DNA of 64,000 nucleotides from Squalus acanthias (Eukaryota), in NCBI GenBank assembly GCA_030390025.1, contig CM059432.1, forward strand, positions 36,954,001 to 37,018,000, in the 5' to 3' direction. This document shows positions 38,541 through 50,189 of this stretch, one piece after another. The stretch's first letter is position 1; every line of letters starts with the position of its first letter. The notes beneath the pieces are model-generated. The model ran no database searches and was not told where the DNA came from. It was given only the letters and a program-made list of their open reading frames with translations. Both the position numbers and the translations under genes were made by a program.

Positions 38541-38889
38541 CACCTTACTCTGCTAGTTGCTATGAAGGGAGCTGGCCCAATATGAAGGAGTTTGTTTTAG
38601 GAGGGTTGGGGAGTTACATGGGTCAATAGGTCCCTACAGAACTCACCTAAAAACACTGAATACAAAGCTGCCAATAACAGGGAGATGAAGGAAGGAGAAT
38701 TATCATCCAAAAGAGCATGAGAGATGAGACCACAAACCCACCTAAGGGCCTTGAATTACACTCTGCAGTTCAGTGTGTGAACACTGAACAAATTCATATG
38801 AAAATCGATGGTCTGCAATTTTAGCAAAGACAAAACTCATTTCATATAAAATCATAGAAACAAGCCCTTCAATGTGTTTTTCTCCACAT

Positions 38890-39370
38890 TAGCCATCCAG
38901 TCTAATCTCACCTTCCTGCTCAGTCCCCATACCCTTTAATATCCCACTCAGTCTAATCCCACACTCCTGCTTACTGCCCATACCCTTCAATATCCCACCT
39001 AGTCTAATCCCACTTTCCTGCTCACTCCCCACATGCTTTAATATCCTACCGAGTCTAATCCTGCTCACTTCCCAAACCAGTTAAAATCCCACAATTCTGC
39101 TCACTCCCTATACCCTTTAATATCCAACCTCGTCTCATCGCACGCTCCTGTTCACTCCCCATACCTTTTAATATCTCACCTAATCCCACCCTCCTGCTCA
39201 CTGCCCATCCGCTTTAATATGCCATTTAGTCTGATCCCACTCTCCTGCTTAGTCGCCGCGTCCTTTAATTTCCCAACCAGTCTAATCCCACGGTCCTGCC
39301 CCAAACCCTTTAATATCCCATTTAGCCAAATCCCATTGCATTGTTCACTATCCATAACCTTTAATATTAC
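38890..39370. repeat. Minisatellite, ~45-50-bp unit, about 10 diverged copies
   Basis: Recurring agtctaatcccac(a/t)ctcctgctcactccccataccctttaatatccc. Confidence 0.8.
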
Positions 39371-39552
39371 TCTTTTACAAGCAACTATCTAATCTCCTAA
39401 AAATATTTATAGATCCTGCTTCAACCGCGGTTCGTGGCAAAGAATGTCATTTTCTAACCCTCTGTGTAAAGCTTGTTTTTCTAACCTTTTCAGTGTCAGC
39501 CTTGACTCAGTTATGATATGCTTACTTCTGAGTCAGAAGGTTGTGTGTTACA

Positions 39553-39982
39553 TAATAACATAACATAAGAAATAGGAGCAGGCGTAGACCATACAGCACC
39601 TCGAGCCTGAATAAGATCATGGCTGATCTTCGACCTCAACTCCACTTTCCCGCCCGTTCCCCATATCCCTTGATTCCCTTAGAGTCCAAAAATCTATCAA
39701 TCGCAACCTTGAATATACTCAACGACTGAGCATCCACAGCCCTCTGGGGTAGAGCAATCCAAAGATTCACAACCCTCTGAGTGAAGAAATTTCTCCCTAT
39801 CTCAGTCCTAAATGGCCAACCCCTTATCCTGAGACTACGCCCCCTAGGTCTAGACTCTCCAGCCAGGGGAAACAATCTCTCAGCATCTACCCTGTCAATC
39901 CCCCTCAGAATCTTACATGTTTCAATGAGATCACCTCTCATTCTTCTAAACTCCAGAGAGTATAGGCCCATTCTACTCAATC
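39553..39982 (-). mobile_element. CR1 LINE 3' end
   Basis: ORF 39636-39980 reads GLYSLEFRRMRGDLIET...GERAGKWS. Confidence 0.85.
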
Positions 39983-40379
39983 CAGTATTGCCAACTCTCG
40001 CAAATTATTCGCGGGACACGCAATTTTTCATGAAGATTTACCACAACTCGTGATCTCGTGATTTGAACTGTGAAAACGCAAATTTTTTTCTGCTGTATTA
40101 ATCTTCGTCACACCTCCTGTGACTGGCTGCTGCTGGGACATGCGAGTTATCAATTGGGGGTCCGTGGCCCCGTGTTGGTTTGTCCCATTAGTCATCTCCT
40201 ACAAGTCGATTTTCCCATCATAAATCTCCTCTGCTCCCCTGTGTATTTGAGACAATTGGAAAATTCTCAGATACAAAGACTGTGCATGCGCACTGTTGGA
40301 CACCATTTGCAACACGTGTTGGGCGAGTTCACTGGCTTGAGGATTATCTTGGTAATATTTTTTGATTGAAACCCGAGGG

Positions 40380-41110
40380 CCAGGCGGGAAAATTACTGTT
40401 AGTCCGTGTGTCTCCTTTCATTCATCGTCAGCTTCCGAGAGCCATTTTCAGAGCTTGGGGCTGTTTTAAGGACTTTTAAATCCTTCGCATTTGCCCCTCT
40501 GACCGGGGTCTGTCTCCTCCTGGGATCGGGGGCTATTTTATTCTTTTCTGGGGTGGGAAAGCGAGCAGATTAAAAATAATTAGCTGGGAGAGAGAGGGAG
40601 AGGTCCGAGCGGAGAAACCGGTCCAAAGTTAGAAAATATGCAGAAAGGAATCCAACCTGCTCCGGGGAGAGTCTCGGCCAGAGTTGGGGTTTCACCAGTG
40701 GCAGAGAGAGTGACGGCATCAGGTCATTTGCCATTTTCGCCGGGAATGGCAGGCTACAGGAGGGGGCGGGGAAGAGCATCAGTGTCAGCAGCCTTGCGGT
40801 CCGGGTCTTCTCGCAAGCGGCAGCCGATGGCTGCTCAACTCCTCGCAGTGTGACGAACAAGACGAGACTGGCGGCGTCTGCTCCGGGAAGAAGGCCGCTA
40901 AATGAGAATTATTTTCCCCCTCCCAGTGGTTCGTTCCAGCAGCCTCGTGGGAAGGTGGGGGTTAAGGGTGGGGTAGACGAGGTCGGGGGGGACATCAATG
41001 CCCAATGTAACTATTTGAAGCTGTAGCCACGCAGCAGATACTTTAAGAATGTAACAATTTAGTGACTGCGCCATCATTGGAGAGTGCGCGTGGCACGTGG
41101 CCTTGGAGGG
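40380..41110. promoter_or_regulatory. Second GC/CpG-rich island: possible promoter or first exon, or the inside of a DNA transposon
   Basis: E2F-like ggcgggaaa (~40383), two YY1-like gccatttt (~40441, ~40730), GC box ggggcgggg (~40763) and a possible + donor AAG|gtgggg (~40954). Confidence 0.35.
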
Positions 41111-41732
41111 TGAAAGGCGGGTAGAAAGAAAGAGACTTTCCAGTCCCTGGACTTGCAGCAAGGCTGTAACCCAGTATTGAGATAAGAGGAAACAGGGGCT
41201 TTGAGACCAATTGTAGCAACACTACTGCCACCTAGCTCAGATCTGGTAACTCAGCATAGGCCAGGGATCGAACCCATGCACCTTCCTGCTCTTACATTAA
41301 GTAAGTAAACAAAAACAATAATAAATAAATATGCTTAATTGTATGACTAATTTTTATACAGGAAAAATATTCATTGTGTTATAGGGGCCCCCGAATTTTT
41401 TTATAACATGGGAGGGGGGCCTTGAAAGCAAGAGGCCCGAGGATCGATAGAAATCGGTTATCGGGCCACATCTGCACACTCGGGGTGAGCTACCAACACT
41501 GGTCACACATCCACGGGCAGCTTGCTCGAGCGAAGACATCAATGCCAGCACCATCCCTCAGGCAAGTCTCAGGAGAGGGCTTGCAACAACCTATGGGGCG
41601 GGGGAGGGGGGGGGGGTGATCGTGACTCCTTTCTCCATGGGAAGGTGTTTTTGATTTTTTTCCCCCAAAATTTACCTTTGGTTGGCACCTGCAAAGACTG
41701 CATTGCATGGTGGTTGTGTTGGATGCCAGGTG

Positions 41733-44700
41733 AATCATAGAATGGTTACAGCACAGAAGAATGCCATTCGGCCCGTCGAGCCCGTGCCAGCTCTCTGCAA
41801 GAGCACTTCAGCTAGGCCCACTCCCCTGCCCTTTCCCCGTAGCCCTGCAAATTTTTTCCTTTACGTACGTATCCAGTTCCCTTTTGAATGACACAATTGA
41901 GTCTGCCTCCACCACCCTTTCAGGCAGTGCATTCCAGATCCTAACCACTCACTGCATAAAAAAGTTTTTCCTCATGTCGCCTTTTGTCCTTCTGCCAATC
42001 ACTTTGAATCTGTGTCCTCTGGTTCTCAACCCTTCCGCCAATGGGAACAGTTTCTATCTACTCTGTCTAGACCCCTCATGATTTTGAACATCTCTATCAA
42101 ATCTCCTCTCAACCATCTCTGCTCTAAGGAGAACAACCCCAGCTTCTCCAGTCTATCCACATAACTGAAGTCCCTAATCCCTGGAGTCATACTCGTAAAT
42201 CTTTTCTGCACCCTCTCTAAGGCCTTTACATCCTTCCTAAAGTGCAGTGCCCAGAATTGGACACAATATTCCAGTTGAGGCCGAACCAGTGTTTTATAAA
42301 GGTTCATCATAACTTCCTTGCTTTTGTACGCTATGCCTCTATTTATGAAGCCCAGGATCCCGTATGCTTTTTTAATCGCTTTCTCAACCTGCCCTGCCAT
42401 CTTCAACGTTTTGTGCACATATACCCTCAGGTCTCTCTGTTCATGCACTCCCTTTAGAATTGTACAGTTTAGTTTACATTGCCTCTCCTCGTTCTTCCTA
42501 CCAAAATGTATCACTTTGCGCTTTTCTGCGTTAAATTTCATCTCCCACGTGTCCGCCCATTTCACCAGCCTGTCTATGTCCTCTTGAAGTCTATCACTAT
42601 CCTCCTCACTGTTCACTATACTTCCAAGTTTTGTGTCATCTGCAAATTTTGAAATTGTGCCCTGTACACCCAAGTCCAAGTCATTAATACATATCGAGAA
42701 AAGCAGTGGTCCGAGTACCAACCCCTAGGGAACACCACTGTGTACCTTCCTCCAGTCTGAAAAACAACCGTTTACCACTACTCTCTGTTTCCTGTCACTT
42801 AGCCAATTTCGTATCCATGCTGCCACTGTCTCTTTTATTCCATGGGCTTCAACTTTGCTGGCAAGCCTATTATGTGGCACTTTATCAAACGCCTTTTGGA
42901 AGTCCATGTACACCACATCAACTGCATTGCCCTCATCAACCCTCTCTGTGACCTCATCAAAAAACGGAATCAAGTTAGCTAAACACGAGTTGCCTTTAAC
43001 AAATCCGTGCTGGCTTTTCTTAATTAATCCACAGTTGTCCAAGTGACTGTTAACTTTGTCCCTGATTATCATTTCTAAAAGCTTCCCCACTACCGAGGTT
43101 AAACTGACTGGCTTGTAGTTGCTGGGTTTATCCTTACACCCTTTTATGAACAAGGGTGTAACATTTGCAATTCTCCAGTCCTCTGGCACCACCCCCATAT
43201 CTAAGGAGGATTGGAAGATTGTGACCAGTACCTCCCTCAATTTCCTCCTTAACTTCCCTCAGCATCCGAGGATGCATCCCATCCAGTCCTGGTGACTTAT
43301 CAACTCAGTACAGACAGCCTTTCTAGTACCTCCTCTTTATCAATTTTTACCCCATCCAGTATCTGCACTACCTCCTCTTTCACTATAACTTTGGCAGCAT
43401 CTTCTTCCTTGGTGAAGACAGATGCAAAGTACTCATTTAGTACCTCAGCCATGCCCTCTGTCTCCATGCGTAGGTCTCCTTTTTGGTCCCTAATCAGCCC
43501 CACCTCTCCTCTTATGTCCTGTTTATTATTTATATGCCTATAGAAGACTTTTGAATTCCCTTTTATGTTAGCTGCCAATCTATTTTCATACTCTCTCTTT
43601 GCCCCTCTTATTTTCTTTTTCACCTTTCCTCTGAGCTTTCTATATTCAGCCTGATTCTCACTTGTATTCTCAACCTGACATCTGTCATACGCACTCTTTT
43701 TCTGCTTCATCTTACTTTCTATCTCTTTCGTTATCCAGGGAGCTCTGGCTTTGGTTACCCTACGTTTCCCCCTCGTGGGAATGTACCTCGACTGTACTTT
43801 AAAGGCAGCCCATTGTTTGATTACAGTTTTGCCTGCCAATCTTTGATTCCAATTTACCCAGGCCAGATCTGTTCTCAACCCACTGAAATTTGCCTTCTTC
43901 TAATTAAGTATTTTTACTCTAGATTGCTCCCTGTCCTTTTCCATAGCTAATCTAAACCTTATGATTCTAAGATTACTGTTGCCTAAATGTTCCCCCACTG
44001 ACACTTGCTCCACTTGACCCACCTCATTTCCCAAAACCAGATCCAGCAATGCCTCCTTCTTTGTTGGGCCGGAAACATACTGATCAAGAAAGTTCTCCTG
44101 AACACACTTCAGAAATTCTTCCCCCTCTCTGCCCTTTACACTATTACTATCCTAGTCTATATTAGGATAATTGAAGTCCCCCATTATCACTACTTTATAG
44201 TTCTTGCACCTCTCTAATTTCCCTGCAAATTTGCTCCTCTATATCTTTCCCACTAGTTGGTGGCCTATAGAATACACTTAGTAGTGTAATGGCACCTCTA
44301 TTATTGCTTAACTCTAACCAAAAGATTCTGTCCTTGACCCCTCGAAGACATCCTCTCTCTCCAGCACTGTGACATTCTCCTTAACCAATACTGCCACTCC
44401 ACTTCCTTTCTTTCCTTCCCTATCTTTATGGAACACATTATATCCAGGAATATTTAAAACCCAATCCTGCCCTTTTTTGAGCCAGGTCTCCATTTTCGCC
44501 ACAACATCATATTCCCATGTGTCTATTTGCACCTGCAGCTCACCAACCTTATTTACCACGCTTTGTGCATTTACACACATGCACTGTAAACCTCTCTTAG
44601 ACCTTCTTGTATTCTCTCTTCGTCTGACCCCACCTAATACCTTACTATTTCTTACTCCCGGGCTATCTGTCTCTCCCAATCCTTTGAGCACTTTGTTTCT

Positions 44701-44925
44701 CCTTTCGAATGCTACATCCTGGTGCCCATCCCCCTGCCAGATTAGTTTAAACCCTCCCCAACAGCACTAGCAAATGCCCGCCCCCCCGCTAGGACATTGG
44801 TTCCGGCTCTGCTAAGGTGCAACCTGTCCGGCCTGTACAGGTCCCACCTCCCCCAGAATCAGTTCCAATGTCCCAGGAATCTGAAGCCCTCCCTCCTGCA
44901 CCATCTCTCCAGCCACGCATTCATC
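41733..44925 (-). mobile_element. Near full-length CR1 LINE (ORF1 esterase C-terminus + ORF2 EN/RT), frameshifted
   Basis: ORFs 44314-44691 (CMCVNAQSVVNKV...ETWL), 43300-43878, 42725-43240 and 42026-42721. The ORF1 tail (WLERWCRREG...DRLHL) is near 44780-44925. Confidence 0.9.
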
Positions 44926-45348
44926 TACCCCATCCACCACCTTAAACATTCACACCCTCCACCACCGGTGTACCGTGGCTGCAGTGTGTACCATCTACAA
45001 GATGCACTGCAGCAACTGGCCAAGGCTTCTTCGGCAGCACCTCCCAAACCTGCGACCTCTTCCACCTAGAAGGACAAGGGCAGCAGGCGCATGGGAACAC
45101 CACCAACTCCAAGTTCCCCTCCAATTCACACACCATCCTGACTTAGAAGTATATCGCTGATCCTTCATCGTCGTTGGGTCAAAATCCTGGAACTCCCTAC
45201 CTAACAGCACTGTGGGAGAACCTTCACCACACGGACTATAGCGGTTCAAGAAGGCGGCTCACCACCACCTTCTCAAGGGCAACTAGGGATGGGCAATAAA
45301 TGCTGGCTTTGCCAGCGGTGCCCAGATCTCATGAATGAATAAAAAAAA
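44926..45348 (+). mobile_element. Family-B LINE 3' end
   Basis: Near-identical to 490-890 and 50885-51297; ends in gaatgaataaaaaaaa. Confidence 0.8.
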
Positions 45349-45349
45349 G

Positions 45350-45806
45350 TCTTTGGGAAAATGCTGGAATCCATTGTTAAGGAAGTGGTATCAAGTCACT
45401 TAGAAAATCATAACATGATTAGGCAGAGTCAACATGGTTTTATGAAAGGGAAATCATGTTTGACAAATTTATTAGAGTTTTTTGAGGATGCAACTAGCAG
45501 GGTAGATAAAGGGGAACCAATGGATGTAGTATATTTGGATTTCCAAAAGGCATTCGATAAGGTGCCACATAAAAGGTTATTACACAAGATTAGGGCTCAT
45601 GGGGTTGGGGATAATATAGTGGCATGGATAGAGGATTGGTCAGATCTTGGCAGGCTGTAACTAGTGGGGTGCCGCAAGGATCAGTGTTGGGGCCTCAGCT
45701 ATTTACAATCGATATTAATGACCTAGATGAAGGGACCGAGTGTAATGTATCCAAGTTTGCTGATGATACAAACCTAGGTGGGACAGTAAGCTGTGAGGAG
45801 AACACA
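45350..45806 (+). mobile_element. CR1 RT internal fragment
   Basis: ORFs 45361-45660 (QHGFMKGKSCLTNLLEFF) and 45624-45860 (KFADDT). Confidence 0.85.
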
Positions 45807-46296
45807 ATTCAGTTGATTAGCGCCTCCCGTTTGTGCCCTAATGGGGCGCAAAGCAACTAGTGCCCGGGCACGGCGATGTTTGCACCGCTCGTGAAATTGA
45901 CCAGAGTTTTTGCGGCGGTGCTAAACTCTACCACCACGATCTCCTGCACCCACAGATCGTGACGTCAGTCGAGCGTGCAACGCCCCAGTAGCGCCCCGGA
46001 CCGGATATTGAGTGGTGCCCTCTTCCTTTCCGCCTGCTGCTAGCAACGACAGGTAGGGGGGACTATTTTGCAGTCGGGAAGGGGCTGGGGGAGCGTTATT
46101 TAAAGGCAGCCTCTTCCTGCCTTTTTTTGTCGGAGACATTTTTGCACTACGCATTCTGAGAGAGAGAGAGAGATTCTGAGAGAGAGATAGAGACTTCTGG
46201 AGAGATTCAACGCTGTGTGAAGGAGTTTTGGCTACTGAGCAGCACTTTGCAGATTCTTTTTGATTTGACCTTCCTTGCATCGATTTAGAAGAGACT

Positions 46297-47447
46297 ATGG
46301 GGGCTGCACTGATTTGGAGCGTCGTCCTGCACCTTCAGAATCGGAGGCATCAGAGACACAGGCAAACATGGCCAGAGGGAAGAGGGCCAACAGGCCTCTG
46401 CACAGGAGACCTTACCCTCCCAGCATATTCCGGGAACAATTCTCCTACTTTCATTTGTCTGAGGAGCAGTGTTTGCGCAGGCTGCGCTTCAGCAAGGAGA
46501 TGGTCACTGAGCTCTGCCACCTGCTGCAACCAGATCTGCAGCCTCAACTGAGGACCAGGACGTCTCTGTCGGTGGCAGTGAAGGTGACAGTGGCACTGAA
46601 TTTTTATGCCACCGGCTCCTTTCAAGCAGCTACTGGGGACACCGCCAATATCTCCCAGTTCGCTGTCCATTGCTGTATCCGGGAGATGACAAATGTCCTC
46701 TATAAAAGGAGACGCCAGTACATCTCTTTCCCCATGACCCGGGCCAAACAGCATGAACGCGCATGTGGCTTTGCTAGGATAGCGGGCTTCCCCATGTTGC
46801 ATGGCGCTATTGACTGCACGCATGTGGCATTGCGGGCACCGCATGAAAATGCAGAGGTTTTCCGAAACCACAAGGACTACCACTCCTTAAATGTCCAGTT
46901 GGTCTGTGACCACAGACAGCTGATACTCGCCGTCAATGCCCGCTATCCTGGCAGCAGCTACGATGTTTTCATCCTGCGCCAGACTGGTGTGCCAGACCTT
47001 TTCCAGGCACCGCATCACCCAAGTGATTGGCTCCTCGTGGACAAGGGTTATCCACTCTGCACCTGGCTGATGAGACCGCTCCGTAACCCCAACACCCCTG
47101 CCGAGCTGCAGTACAATTAGAGCCATCTCGCCACCAGGAACATTATTCAGCAGACGATCGGCGTGCTCAAGCAACGGTTCCGCTGTCTGGACCACTCAGG
47201 AGGAGCCCTGCAGTACTGTCCTGAACGAGTCTCCCTCTTCATAGTTGTATGCTGCATGCTTCACAACCTGGCAATCCTGAGGACCCAGCCAATGCCACCA
47301 GGGATTGGTGCACCACCGGAGTAGGAGGAGGAAGAGGAGGAGGAAGAGAAGGAGGAGGATCAGCAGCAGCACCAAGGTGGGAGGGAGGCCCACAATGTTA
47401 ACACTGCAAGGGCCGTCCGTCAATGGCTGATAACAAGCCACTTCTAG
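46297..47447 (+). pseudogene. Harbinger transposase / HARBI1-like DDE nuclease, disrupted
   Basis: GFPMLHGAIDCTHV...RNHKDYHSLNVQLVCD...RYPGSSYD...WLLVDKGYPL...YN*SHLATRNIIQQTIGVLKQRFRCLD...CCMLHN. In-frame TAG at 47118 and 47322, terminal TAG at 47445, and a likely frameshift between ATG 46297 and the main frame (track ORF 46275-47120). Confidence 0.9.
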
Positions 47448-47758
47448 GCCCCTACTCAGGAGATGGCTTCTGGCATGGAGAACAACATCATGGAAAGCAA
47501 CCCGCAACCCGGACAGCCGGCAAAAGCAGCAATGATTCCAAAGGCCAAACATGTACATTTGAATACAACTTTTTTATTTAACAAACTCTGTGTGTGTCAT
47601 TTATTCATGACAAACTAATAGAAACAAACACAACAAATCATTAATTAACATAACTGGTTCTCACAAGCTGGAGATAAAGGCCAAAACACCAAACAAAAGT
47701 TATCAGGCGAACCTCGACCTTGAATAAAAACATTCCCACCATTTCTTTAGACCTCCTA

Positions 47759-49627
47759 CTATTTGCCCTTCGAGGGTGATCTCCATCCCTTGCGCACTTC
47801 CCCCCTTCCCACCCTACTGCTGCTCCGTAATGGGGCCCCAGTGGCTGCAGCAAGGCTGGTGGAAGGCTGCTGAATGTCAGATCCTGAGAATACAGATGCC
47901 CTTGAAGTATGCCCTTGACCAGCTCTGGGCCTGGAGGCCGCGGCTGCAGACTGCACCAACTCTGCATGGGCGGCAGCAGTCTGGGCTGGCTGTGTTGCAG
48001 GCGGTGGCAAGTGCAATGGGGAAGTGCCAGTGGTGGGAGCAGGAATGCTGTCATCCTGAGAAAGAACAGCACCTCCCTGCTCGATCGACACACTGGCACT
48101 CCCACGGGGCAGCACCTCAGCATCCGGAGCAATCTGCTCGAGCACAGATTGCTGGCCTGCTGCGGCGCCGTGAGAGCCCCGGGGCAATGTGGCCGAACCA
48201 GCGACAATGGCAGCAGTCAGTGCTTGCATTACCTCAATCTGAGACTGCATGAGAGCAGTCTGAGATTGGATCGCAACAGCCAGTGACTGAATTGCAGCAC
48301 TAAGCCATTGCGTTGCGTCGGCCTGTGCTGCAGCGGAGTGCTCCACACTCCTTGCGAGTCCATCAATGCTTTCGGGCACCCTTCCCACTGCACCCATGAG
48401 CTCAGTGTGCATGTTCACCGCCTGGGTGTTCATTTCCGCGATGAGCCGCTCTTCCTCTATGTCCAGTGCAGCAGGACTCGCTGGCCTACTCTCCCTCCAG
48501 GGAGAAGGCCCCCGAGCTTCCCTACTCCCATGGCGTTGCTGCAGCCCCCTGGGTCCCGCAGCTTCACCCTCATCAGACCCTTCCCCCCCGCTCCCCTCCA
48601 GGGAAGACGTGGTCCCAGTGTAGGCTGGGCTCCTTCGGGAGACATTGGCACTGAGGGTCTGGCTTCCTCTTCCTCCTCGCCTGGGGCGTCGCTCCCACTG
48701 GTTGGTTGAGGGACAGACTACTCAGCTGGTGGTTCACTATCTGAAAGCAGGGAGGTACAAGAGTGGCTTTAGCGTCAGGACAGGGGGGCAGTAAGGGAGC
48801 AAGGACTGGAGAGATTTAGTAAGTTGGATTGAAAGTGTAAAAGGCTGGTGTTGTGAGGGACAAGTGGAATGAGAGAGGAGAGGAAGCTGATGAACCTACC
48901 ACTGCTGTACCCAAGGGGGTCGACCTCTCCAGTGGCCACGAGACCTATCACCTGGCTGGCAATGAATCGCCTCCAAATCGCTGAGGGTCTGCAGCTGAGC
49001 CGGCCCTCCACCCGTCCGTTGCTGCTGCCACCTATTATGAGATAGCTTGGCCTGCAAGAAAAAGGACGGTGTCTGAGTAAATGTGCAGCCATGTGCTTGC
49101 CTGATGTGCCTCCCATAGTTGAACAGCCCTTAATGTATGCAGCCATGTGCTTGCCTGATGTGCCTCCCATAGTTGAACAGCCCTTAATGTATGCAGCCAT
49201 GTGCTTGCCTGATGTATCTCCCATAGTTGAACAGCCCTTAATGTATGCAAGGTATGGAACATGCATGTGTGTTTTATGAGATGGCCATAGGTCTTGGATT
49301 AGTGTTGGGCATTTGGGGTTTTTACACCCTCTGGCCATAGAGTGAGGTTGAGATGGAGGGATGGAGAGGTATTGAAAAGCAGCCACACACCCTGACCACC
49401 CGAGTGAGGTCGTTGAACTTCTTCCGACATTGTGTGTGGGTCCTGGGCACCATGCTCCTGGAGGAGACGTGCTGAGCCAGCTCCCTCCACACTCTTCTAT
49501 AGTCGCGGGGCAATGGCCTCCTGCCACTCTGTGGGTAGAGTATTGATCTTCAGCACTCCACTGCACCAACCAGAACCACCAAGGCCCGGTCGCAGAAGCG
49601 CTGAGCTCATTCCCTGGGCCTCTCCAT
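47759..49627 (-). pseudogene. Harbinger Myb/SANT-like DNA-binding protein gene, 3 exons (49627-49391, 49051-48900, 48740-47759), disrupted
   Basis: Exon 1: MERPRE*AQRFCDRALVVLVGAVEC*RSILYP...RRVWRELAQHV...RTHTQCRKKFNDL (trihelix/SANT). Exon 2: AKLSHNR...RTGGGP. Introns are GT-AG with polypyrimidine tracts. Exon 3 is acidic, then Ala/Gln-rich helical (ORF 47759-48433). Confidence 0.8.
49085..49250. repeat. 54-bp tandem repeat x3 in intron 1 of the Myb-like gene
   Basis: tgcagccatgtgcttgcctgatgtgcctcccatagttgaacagcccttaatgta repeated three times. Confidence 0.9.
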
Positions 49628-50189
49628 TGTTCTTTGCAGCAGATTTGAAGTTGAGGTCTGTCCAGGCCGAGATTCAAGGCTGCAATGAGCAGGGTGTGGC
49701 TGGAGAGCAAGATCGACCCTCCCCTTTAAGAACTGGCCGGCACCAGTCTGTCTGTGTTCCATTGCTAACTGACATCACCTGAGCTTCGCCAGCGCTCTGA
49801 GTTAGCGCCTTGCTCCTCGGTGTTAGCACCTTAAGAGAAGTATGTAGCGCCTGATTTAGCGCTCCAATCACCTCCAGAGGCGATAGAAGTCAAGTTTGCA
49901 GTCCCTTTAAATGTTCTGCATGGCTGCTGCCCATGCGCGGTATCTTTTCCAGCGGCAGCAGTTGGTGAGCGGCCTGTGTGGGACCTCCCGATTGGTGTGC
50001 AGCCACACACCCACACACCTTAGGGTGAACATTGGCCATGGCTGATCTGTATCTCAACTTCATTTACCCACCTTCGCTACATTTTCCTTGGTACCCTTAC
50101 CTAACAAAAACCTATTGATCTCAGTCTTGAAAGCTCCAATAGTCCCAGCATGCACAATCTTTTGGGACAGATAATTACAGATTTACCCT

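Larger units (their letters stand above)
45807..49904. mobile_element. PIF/Harbinger DNA transposon (autonomous-type, decayed)
   Basis: Convergent DDE-nuclease and Myb/SANT-like genes, repeated TAGCGCC-like subterminal motifs at both ends, and a right terminus GGACTGCAAACTTG on -. The left terminus appears truncated at the CR1 junction. Confidence 0.85.

Noticed and set aside
38890..39370. CRISPR-like array (also 49085-49250)
   Set aside because: The units are contiguous with no unique spacers, there are no cas genes, and the context is eukaryotic.
46275..47120. 281-aa ORF as the host HARBI1 gene
   Set aside because: It stops before the third catalytic residue, which itself reads Gln. It is also paired with a decayed Myb-like gene and subterminal repeats, so it is a transposon copy.
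48775..49710. 311-aa minus-strand ORF with an 18-aa repeat as a protein
   Set aside because: It is out of frame with the Myb exon 1 and runs through an intron; the repeat is the intronic 54-bp tandem.
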